Sequence record: DRR723986_4720
Reading direction: 5' to 3' (one strand)
Length of the DNA stretch: 64,000 nt
In this document: positions 57,124 to 64,000 of the stretch, in pieces
Layout: each line of letters begins with the position of its first letter
How positions within the stretch are numbered: position 1 is the first letter of the stretch
Position numbers and translations under genes: made by a program
The notes under the pieces: model-generated
The model's database searches: none
What the model saw: the letters and a program-made list of their open reading frames with translations, nothing else
What the model was told of the DNA's origin: nothing

Positions 57124-58812
57124 ATGACTCCACTGACCCAGAGTTATTACTGTGGTGAATCGAATAGCCAGATCATTTACCAGACCATCGGTGACTGCCT
57201 GGAAACGATCGCTCACCGCTATCCCGATAACGAAGCACTGGTAGTGAGGCACCAGGCTGTGCGCTGGACCTATGCCGAATTACTCGAGCAGGTCGACAGG
57301 CTGGCCAGTGGCTTGCTTGCGCTGGGTATCGAGCCCGGCGATCGGATCGGTATCTGGGGTCCGAACAGCAGTGAATGGGCCCTGGTGCAATACGCGACTG
57401 CGCGTATCGGCGCGATTATGGTCTGCATCAATCCGGCCTATCGCCTTTACGAGCTGGAGTATGCGCTCAACAAGGTTGAATGCCGGGCGCTTATTACTGA
57501 CCAGCAGTTCAAGACCAGCAATTACCTGGCGATGTTGCAGGATCTGGCACCCGAACTCGCGCATTGCGCGCCGGGTCGGTTGAATGCCCACAAGCTACCG
57601 CATCTGGAGATGGTTATCCGGATGGGTGATGCCGCGACCACGGGGATGCTCAATTTTGCCGATGTCTGCGATATGGGAGAGGCCGGCGATCGGGCCCGGC
57701 TACGACGCCTTGCCACGGAATTGCGGCCCGACGATCCGATCAATATCCAGTTCACCAGCGGCACCACCGGTTCGCCCAAGGGCGCGACGCTCACCCATTG
57801 CAATATCCTCAACAATGGCAATCTCTGCGCTCGCGGTATGGGCTTCACAGATCGTGACCGCCTGTGCATTCCGGTCCCGCTGTATCACTGCTTCGGCATG
57901 GTGATGGGTAACCTCGCCTGCCTCAGCCATGGCGCTACGGCGATCTACCCGGCGCCGGCTTTCGATCCACTGGCCACCCTGGAAACCGTGGAGGCGGAGC
58001 GCTGCACCGCTCTGCACGGCGTACCGACCATGTTCATCAACGAACTGGATCACCCCCGCTTTCCAGACTTCGACCTGTCGTCCCTGCGCACCGGGATGAT
58101 GGCCGGGGCACCCTGCCCGGTGGAGGTCATGAAGCGGGTGATTAGCGAAATGCACATGGAGGATGTGCTGATCGCCTATGGCCAGACTGAACTGAGCCCG
58201 GTCAATCACATGACCTCGCGGGATGACTCCCTGGTGCGGCGTACCGAAACGGTCGGTCGGGCGGTGCCCTGGGTCGAGATCAAGATTGTCGACGAGCAGA
58301 ACCGGGTGGTTGCCCCGGGGGAGAAAGGTGAGATCTGCACCCGCGGCTACTCGGTGATGCGCGGCTACTGGAACGACGAAGAGCGCACCCGGGAAACCAT
58401 CGATCCCGGCGGCTGGCTGCACTCCGGCGATCTGGGCGTGATGGATGAGGCGGGCTATGTACAGGTGGTTGGCAGGATCAAGGACATGGTCATCCGCGGC
58501 GGCGAGAATATCTATCCGCGGGAAGTGGAAGAATTCCTCTATACCCATCCCGACATCGCCGAAGTCCAGGTTTTCGGGGTGCCGGATCCTGTCCTGGGGG
58601 AGGAGGTTTGCGCGTGGATCCAGCTGCATCCGGATGCCAGCCTGACGGCGTCCCAGGTCACGGACTTCTGCCGAGACCAGATTACCCACTTCAAGATCCC
58701 CCGGCATATCCGCTTCGTCAGCGAATACCCGATGACCGTGACCAGCAAGATCCAGAAGTTCATTATGCGGGAGCAGATGCAGGCAGAACTGGCCCAGAGC
58801 CGGGCCGGCTAG
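57124..58812 (+). CDS. AMP-binding acyl-CoA synthetase (ACSF2-like)
   Basis: FTSGTTGSPKG, YGQTE, SGDLG, GRIKDMVIRGGENIYPRE. Confidence 0.93.
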   Translation: MTPLTQSYYCGESNSQIIYQTIGDCLETIAHRYPDNEALVVRHQAVRWTYAELLEQVDRLASGLLALGIEPGDRIGIWGPNSSEWALVQYATARIGAIMVCINPAYRLYELEYALNKVECRALITDQQFKTSNYLAMLQDLAPELAHCAPGRLNAHKLPHLEMVIRMGDAATTGMLNFADVCDMGEAGDRARLRRLATELRPDDPINIQFTSGTTGSPKGATLTHCNILNNGNLCARGMGFTDRDRLCIPVPLYHCFGMVMGNLACLSHGATAIYPAPAFDPLATLETVEAERCTALHGVPTMFINELDHPRFPDFDLSSLRTGMMAGAPCPVEVMKRVISEMHMEDVLIAYGQTELSPVNHMTSRDDSLVRRTETVGRAVPWVEIKIVDEQNRVVAPGEKGEICTRGYSVMRGYWNDEERTRETIDPGGWLHSGDLGVMDEAGYVQVVGRIKDMVIRGGENIYPREVEEFLYTHPDIAEVQVFGVPDPVLGEEVCAWIQLHPDASLTASQVTDFCRDQITHFKIPRHIRFVSEYPMTVTSKIQKFIMREQMQAELAQSRAG

Positions 58813-58838
58813 CCCGACCACTGAATTCGCCGGATTAT

Positions 58839-58854
58839 TGTGAAGCCGGTCACA
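58839..58854. promoter_or_regulatory. CRP/Vfr binding site
   Basis: Perfect TGTGA-N6-TCACA (TGTGAAGCCGGTCACA), intergenic, upstream of the FHA gene. Confidence 0.7.
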
Positions 58855-58961
58855 GCCTGCCGGCCGTTAACTGGTCATTTCCTGAACGAACCGTAACCTT
58901 GTCCCCAGGTCGCGCGCTAAGTGTTGCGCGCTGGAACCTTACAGGAAAGGAGAGGGTGTTG

Positions 58962-59480
58962 ATGGCCATCTTGCAGGAATCATTGACCGAGCTGGTTCGG
59001 GATCTGCGCCGCGGGACCCAGCGGCTGAAAAGCAGCATCAGCGAGCGGCGTACCGCTATGAACATGGCGCCCATCAATGATCGGCGTGGTGATGGCGGCT
59101 ACGTATCACGGCCTATCCCGACGTCCTATGAATGGATCATTACCGCCGAGTCCGGGCCCCTCTGTGGCATGCGCTACGCGGTGGCGGGGCCGGTGATGGT
59201 CGGCAAGGCCCAGGAATGTGACCTGACCCTGATGTCATCGCAGGTGTCGCTCTACCATACCCGCCTGACTCTCGAACGCTACGCCCTGTACGTGGAAGAT
59301 ATGGGATCGGACGCAGGTACCTCGCTTAACGGCCGGCCGATTGTCGGGCGCCTGCCGTTGCACCATGGCGATGTTATCCAGATCCAGAACAGCCAGTTCC
59401 GGGTCACCTCGGGCTTCTACCGGAACGTCGGCAGCGGCACGCAGGCCCAGGCCGGGGCCGAACAGCCACGGCTTGCCTGA
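58962..59480 (+). CDS. FHA-domain protein (degenerate phosphothreonine-binding motifs)
   Basis: VGKAQECDL...VSLYH...VEDMGSDAGTSLNG...LHHGDVI; AAGGAG RBS. Confidence 0.8.
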   Translation: MAILQESLTELVRDLRRGTQRLKSSISERRTAMNMAPINDRRGDGGYVSRPIPTSYEWIITAESGPLCGMRYAVAGPVMVGKAQECDLTLMSSQVSLYHTRLTLERYALYVEDMGSDAGTSLNGRPIVGRLPLHHGDVIQIQNSQFRVTSGFYRNVGSGTQAQAGAEQPRLA

Positions 59481-59481
59481 T

Positions 59482-60588
59482 TCAGTCCAGGGTCTTGTTG
59501 AAGCGCACGGTCGCCACGGTCAGGGTGACGGCAGTGAATGCCAGCAGCCAGGCTACGTCCGGTAGCATCTGTCCGGCGTCTGCGCCGCGCAATACCACAC
59601 CGCGGATCAGGCGTATGAAGTGGGTGGCGGGGAAGGCTTCCGCAATGTACTGGGCTGGCACCGGCATCGCATCGTAGGGAAACATGAAACCGCTGAGCAG
59701 GATGGACGGCAGCAGGATGAATATCGTCATCTGCATGGCCTGCAGCTGGGTTTTGGCCAGCGTTGAGATCAGCAACCCGAGGGACAGGCTGGCGGCGATA
59801 AACGCCAGGGTGATGATGCCGAGGCTGCCGAGCCCGCCCTGGAAGGGGACCTGGAATACCAGTCGGCCCAGCCCAAGGATAATACCTACCTGGATTAGTC
59901 CCACCACAATATAGGGCAGCAATTTGCCCAACATCAGCTCGACCGGCATCACCGGCGTGGTGATCAGCAGTTCGATATTGCCGCGTTCTCGCTCCCGGAC
60001 CAGCGCCAGTGAGGTGAACAGGATCATCGTCATGGTCAACACGATGGCGGTGAGCCCCGGCACAATATTTACCGCCGAGCGGCGCTCGGGGTTGAAGAAT
60101 AGCGCCAGTTCAAAGCTTGGACTGGGGCTGGTATAGGCGCCAGGCGGTGCGCCTGCCTCCAGTCGCAGGGGCATCGAGCGCAGACTGAGCAGGGCTGAAC
60201 TGACCATCGTGTCGGAACCATCCACCAGCCACTGGGCGACGGTTTCGCCGTTAGTGATACGCTGCGGCAGGTTCTCCGGGAATACCAGGACGGCGCGAAT
60301 CTGGCCGGCGACGAGCGCGGCCTCCGCCTCTTGCGGGGTGGCGTAGTCAGCGATGAAGTCGACCACCTGGGTGACCCTTACCTGTTCGGTGATCACTCGC
60401 GCTGCCGCACTGCCACTGAGATCGACCACCGCAACGGGGATGTTGCGGACCACCGTGTTGATGGCGAAGCCGAACAGCAGTAACTGCACCAGCGGTATCA
60501 TCACGATCATGCCGAAGGTCATCCGGTCGCGAGACATCTGGGCGAATTCCTTGCCGGTAATCGCACTGATGCGCTGCAGGCTGCTCAT
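59482..60588 (-). CDS. ABC-2 type exporter permease (YbhR/S-like)
   Basis: QLLLFGFAIN, RERERGNIELL.TP, LLSGFMFP. Confidence 0.92.
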   Translation of the reverse strand: MSSLQRISAITGKEFAQMSRDRMTFGMIVMIPLVQLLLFGFAINTVVRNIPVAVVDLSGSAAARVITEQVRVTQVVDFIADYATPQEAEAALVAGQIRAVLVFPENLPQRITNGETVAQWLVDGSDTMVSSALLSLRSMPLRLEAGAPPGAYTSPSPSFELALFFNPERRSAVNIVPGLTAIVLTMTMILFTSLALVRERERGNIELLITTPVMPVELMLGKLLPYIVVGLIQVGIILGLGRLVFQVPFQGGLGSLGIITLAFIAASLSLGLLISTLAKTQLQAMQMTIFILLPSILLSGFMFPYDAMPVPAQYIAEAFPATHFIRLIRGVVLRGADAGQMLPDVAWLLAFTAVTLTVATVRFNKTLD

Positions 60589-61511
60589 CCGTGGCGCTCC
60601 CCGTGGGTAGCCGCCACGAACACATCCTCGAGGTTGGGCCGCGCCCTGTTGAGCTCGCGATCACCAGCGCCCAGTGCCTCCCGCAGCGGGTACAGCGAAT
60701 CCTCGGCGTCATCGCGCAGCAGCACCCGTAGTCTGAGTCCCTGCTGGGCGGCGGACAGTACCTGCGGCAGACGCAGTAAGGTCTCCTTGACCTGGCGCAG
60801 CTCGGCCCCACTGACTTCCACCACCCGGCCCGAAAGGGCGGTCATCAGGGCAGTCGGTGTACCCGTGGCCCGTACCTGGCCCAGGTCGAGGATTGCCAGC
60901 TCGTGGCAGCGCTCGGCCTCGTCCATGTAATGCGTGGAAACCAGGATGGTGGTGCCTGCTTCACTCAGGTCGAACAGCTTCTCCCAGAAGTCGCGCCGGT
61001 TTTCCGGATCCACCGCGGAAGTAGGCTCGTCGAGAAACAGCAGGGTGGGCTTGTGCAGGGTGGCCGCTGCCAGGGCCAGGCGCTGGCGCTGGCCGCCGCT
61101 CATCGCACCGGCCAGTCTGTTGCGCATGGGCTCCAGGGTGTAGCGCTCCAGCAGTTCCTCGATCCGCGCCTCACGCTCGTTCCGGCGCAGGCCGTGAATG
61201 CGACCCATAAAGCGAAGGTTCTCGGTGACGGTCAGGTCGTCAAACAGGGAAAACTTCTGGGTCATGTAGCCGATCTGGCGGCGCAGTGGTTCGGCTTCCG
61301 CAGGCAGCGAGCGGCCGAGCACCCGGACCTCCCCTGCGCTGGGGGTGAGCAGGCCGCAGAGCATGCGAATGGCGGTAGTTTTGCCGCTGCCGTTCGGCCC
61401 CAGAAAACCGAAAATCTGGCCCCGCTCCACTGTCAGGTCGACCCGGTCAACTGCAGTCAGGTCACCGAAGCGGCGGGTCAGGCCGGAGGCCTGGATCGCG
61501 GGCTCAGTCAT
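60585..61511 (-). CDS. ABC transporter ATP-binding protein
   Basis: GPNGSGKTT, MSGGQRQR, LDEPT, THYMDE. Confidence 0.95.
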   Translation of the reverse strand: MTEPAIQASGLTRRFGDLTAVDRVDLTVERGQIFGFLGPNGSGKTTAIRMLCGLLTPSAGEVRVLGRSLPAEAEPLRRQIGYMTQKFSLFDDLTVTENLRFMGRIHGLRRNEREARIEELLERYTLEPMRNRLAGAMSGGQRQRLALAAATLHKPTLLFLDEPTSAVDPENRRDFWEKLFDLSEAGTTILVSTHYMDEAERCHELAILDLGQVRATGTPTALMTALSGRVVEVSGAELRQVKETLLRLPQVLSAAQQGLRLRVLLRDDAEDSLYPLREALGAGDRELNRARPNLEDVFVAATHGERHG

Positions 61512-62457
61512 TACCGAGGATAACCTGGGCCGGCACGCCGGTGGGCAGGTCGCTGTTTTCCTCGAGGTCGAACTCGGCCATATAAACCAGCCGGGCGCGG
61601 TCGCTGGCGTTCAGTGCGTAGTAGGGGGTAAAGGCCGGTTCGTTGGCGATCCAGCGCAAGGTGCCGCGCAGGGGCTGGTCGAGGCCATCGACCCGCACCT
61701 CCCGTACATCGCCGATGTTGAGTCCGGCCCTGTGTGGCTCGGGAATATAGACTCGCGCATAGGGACTTTCATCGGCCAGCATGATAGCCAGCGTAGCGCC
61801 CTGCGGCACTCTTTCGCCGACATTCCAGGGCAGGCTGTCCAGGTAGGCATCGCGGGTGGCATCCACGCTCAATTCCGCCAGCTGATGGCGCTCCAGGGAC
61901 AGCTGGGCCCGGGCAGCTTGCAGTGCCGCGGCGCCCTGGTCCAGCTGCTCCGGGCGGGTACCGTTAGTGAGCCGCAGCAACTCCTCCCTCGCTGAACTCA
62001 GGCTGGCGTCTGCCTCGTCGCGACTTGCTTGCGCGCTGTCCAGGGTGGCCTGGGCTGCGAGTTTCTGCTCCAGCAGCCGTTCGGCGCGGGCGTAGTTTGC
62101 CTCCGCCTCGATCAGTGCTGCCCGCGCTCCGGCTACCCGCGCCGTTGCGGCGGCGATGTCTTCCTTGCGAGCGCCATTGCGCAGTTCCGCGAGCCGCGCT
62201 TCGGCCTGCGCGACCTCGGCCTCGGCGCGGGCCACCACGGCCTGCTGACGCCGGTCATCCAGCTGCACCAGCAAGGTGCCGGCAGCGACCAGGGTGCCCT
62301 CGAGCACGGGTTGCGCGGTTATGATTTCGTTGGCCGTTGCCTTCAGTACGATGCGGTCGCGTTCCAGTGTCCCCAGGGCTTGGGCCGGTGTGTCCCCGTT
62401 GCAGGCGCTGAGGAGGAACCCGGCGAGCAGTAAGGGTAGAGACCAGAGACGCTGCAT
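61504..62457 (-). CDS. HlyD-family periplasmic adaptor lipoprotein (YbhG-like)
   Basis: LSAC lipobox, coiled-coil hairpin, EPAFTPYY, LPTGVPAQV. Confidence 0.9.
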   Translation of the reverse strand: MQRLWSLPLLLAGFLLSACNGDTPAQALGTLERDRIVLKATANEIITAQPVLEGTLVAAGTLLVQLDDRRQQAVVARAEAEVAQAEARLAELRNGARKEDIAAATARVAGARAALIEAEANYARAERLLEQKLAAQATLDSAQASRDEADASLSSAREELLRLTNGTRPEQLDQGAAALQAARAQLSLERHQLAELSVDATRDAYLDSLPWNVGERVPQGATLAIMLADESPYARVYIPEPHRAGLNIGDVREVRVDGLDQPLRGTLRWIANEPAFTPYYALNASDRARLVYMAEFDLEENSDLPTGVPAQVILGND

Positions 62458-62584
62458 GGCGGTGTCCGAAGCTTGTCTTTCGCCCGGTTATACGCAAGCC
62501 AGTGTTGCGAGGCAAGCCTGCGGCGAGCTACGCCCCGCCGCCAGGGGCCGGCTTTGGTGCTGGCCGCCTGGCTGTCGGGCGGGG

Positions 62585-63721
62585 TCAGGCCGCGGTGCGT
62601 TGCCCGGGGGGCTGCTGGCCCGGGGTGTACAGGGCGCGCGGGCGGATCAGCCGGCTGTCCCGGCGGAATTCCAGGAAGTGGGCGATGTAGCCGTAGATAC
62701 GGGCCATGGCGAACATGGAGGTGAAGTAGTGGCTGGGGATGCCGAGGCTGTGAAATACCGCGCCCTTGTAGAATTCCACGTTGGCGTGGATGTCCTTGCC
62801 GCCTTCGGCGAAGGCCCGCTGACAGGCTTCCTCCACGGCGACCAGGGTTTCCAGCAGCCGGCGACTCTCCGCATCCTGGCAGAGTTCGAGCGCCATCGGT
62901 TTGAGAATGCTGGCCCGCGGATCCACGGTGCGGTACTCACGGTGGCCCATACCCATGATTTTGGTGCCATTCGCCAGGCAGTCCCGGACGTAGGCCTCGG
63001 CATGCCGGGCGTCGCCGATGCTGCGGGCCATGTCCAGCGCCGCCTCGTCAGCGCCGCCGTGCAGCTTGCCGAACAGGGTACCGATAGAGGCTGAAATCGA
63101 CGACTGTATCGGTGCCAGGGTGCTGGCACACACCCGGCCCGCGAAGGTGCCCGCGTTGAAGCTGTGCTCGAGCTGCAGGATCTGGGCGGCGTCGAGCATG
63201 CGCACCTGCTCGGCCGACGGTTCCTGACCGGAGAACATGTACAGGAAGTTGTCGTGGAACAGGCGGCCGGGACGCGGGTTCAGGCACACCTTGCTCTGAC
63301 CCAGCCGATGGTGTGCAGCGATCAGGGCCGGCACTTTCGCCGCCAGGAACAGGCCGTGTTCGGCGTCTTCGTCCACCGGCAGATCGCCGCTCGCCGGCAG
63401 TTCCAGCAGGGGCAACACGCCCTGCAGCATCAGCATCGGGTGGCGTTCACGGGATACGTGCTGCATCAGTTCCAGTTCGCTGAAGCTCAAGCGACCATGG
63501 CGGATCATGAAGGCGACCAGCTGGCGCTTCTCTGCCGGTGTAGGCCAGTCGCCGAACAAGACCAGCCAGACGACGTGCAGGAAGGGCACGCCAATCAACT
63601 CGTTGATGTCGATACCGCGATAGCTCAGTGTGCCTTCCTCGCCGCGCACGTCGGAGATGGCGGTTTCGCCCACGATGACCCCCGCCAGGTCGGATGAAAA
63701 GACGGTGTTCTGATCGGTCAT
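62585..63721 (-). CDS. Citrate synthase family protein, CitA type (NVEFY)
   Basis: GLAG-like DLAGV, LSYRG, EHSFNAGTF, LHGGA, GMGHREY..DPR, NVEFY. Confidence 0.9.
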   Translation of the reverse strand: MTDQNTVFSSDLAGVIVGETAISDVRGEEGTLSYRGIDINELIGVPFLHVVWLVLFGDWPTPAEKRQLVAFMIRHGRLSFSELELMQHVSRERHPMLMLQGVLPLLELPASGDLPVDEDAEHGLFLAAKVPALIAAHHRLGQSKVCLNPRPGRLFHDNFLYMFSGQEPSAEQVRMLDAAQILQLEHSFNAGTFAGRVCASTLAPIQSSISASIGTLFGKLHGGADEAALDMARSIGDARHAEAYVRDCLANGTKIMGMGHREYRTVDPRASILKPMALELCQDAESRRLLETLVAVEEACQRAFAEGGKDIHANVEFYKGAVFHSLGIPSHYFTSMFAMARIYGYIAHFLEFRRDSRLIRPRALYTPGQQPPGQRTAA

Positions 63722-63773
63722 TGGCGGCCTCCCAAAAAGTGTGAATTTTTCACAGTATACGGATAGACTGGCG

Positions 63774-63818
63774 ATTAGATCAGTTAATCTTTCTTATCAT
63801 TCTATTAGTAGAGCTAAT
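63774..63818. promoter_or_regulatory. Two LysR T-N11-A boxes (ATTAG-N5-TTAAT at 63774-63788; ATTAG-N5-CTAAT at 63804-63818)
   Basis: AT-rich divergent promoter region between citrate synthase and LysR. Confidence 0.65.
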
Positions 63819-64000
63819 ATGCGCTTTGAAAACAGCGAGTTACGTGCGTTTCGTGCGGTAGTGGATCAGGGTGGTTTCAAGCGTGCCGCCGACACGCTGC
63901 ACATCAGCCAGTCGGCGGTCAGCCAGGCGGTGGCGGGGCTGGAGTCCAAGGTCGGTATGCCGCTGCTGGAGCGGGGTCGGACACCCTCGCTCACCGACGG
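63819..64000 (+). CDS. LysR family regulator (3'-truncated by window edge; absent from ORF track)
   Basis: Manual translation MRFENSELRAFRAVVDQGGFKRAADTLHISQSAVSQAVAGLESKVG. Confidence 0.92.
   Translation, partial: MRFENSELRAFRAVVDQGGFKRAADTLHISQSAVSQAVAGLESKVGMPLLERGRTPSLTD

Noticed and set aside
58933-58940. GGAACCTT RpoE-like -35 element
   Set aside because: No matching -10 at the proper spacing
58608-58961. N-terminal extension of the FHA ORF, and similar extensions on gor, DsbA, the histone-like gene, sulfatases and GldFG
   Set aside because: Extensions overlap neighbouring genes or promoters; downstream starts have better RBS or signal peptides
1-64000. Mobile elements, prophage, defence systems, tRNA/rRNA, pseudogenes
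   Set aside because: No integrase, transposase, nuclease or RNA-gene signatures seen, and no evident frameshifts

Overview
Gene-dense, GC-rich (roughly 60-65% by eye) bacterial chromosomal segment with about 62 apparently intact CDSs. I saw no rRNA, tRNA, CRISPR array, IS, integrase or prophage. Gene content (many SDRs, acyl-CoA ligases, HSL esterases, a BVMO, a KshA-like Rieske oxygenase, sulfatases, DUF3604, DUF4136, a Gld-like ABC) resembles a marine heterotrophic gammaproteobacterium such as Halieaceae/OM60-NOR5; this is an inference. The best candidate for an undescribed system is the three-gene, five-heme periplasmic operon at 20390-23756. It encodes a diheme cytochrome c4, a diheme peroxidase with Tyr at the MauG/BthA/MbnH distal-ligand position, and a membrane-anchored parallel beta-helix protein fused to a cytochrome c. 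Other points of interest: a TetR-controlled amidohydrolase/Rieske/SDR/ADC catabolic operon, a CitA-type citrate synthase (NVEFY) divergent from a LysR, a degenerate FHA protein under a perfect CRP box, and an AlgP-like histone-H1-type protein. One small YqaE gene is missing from the ORF track. Many start codons were re-picked from RBS and signal-peptide context. All family calls rest on motif recognition, not database searches.
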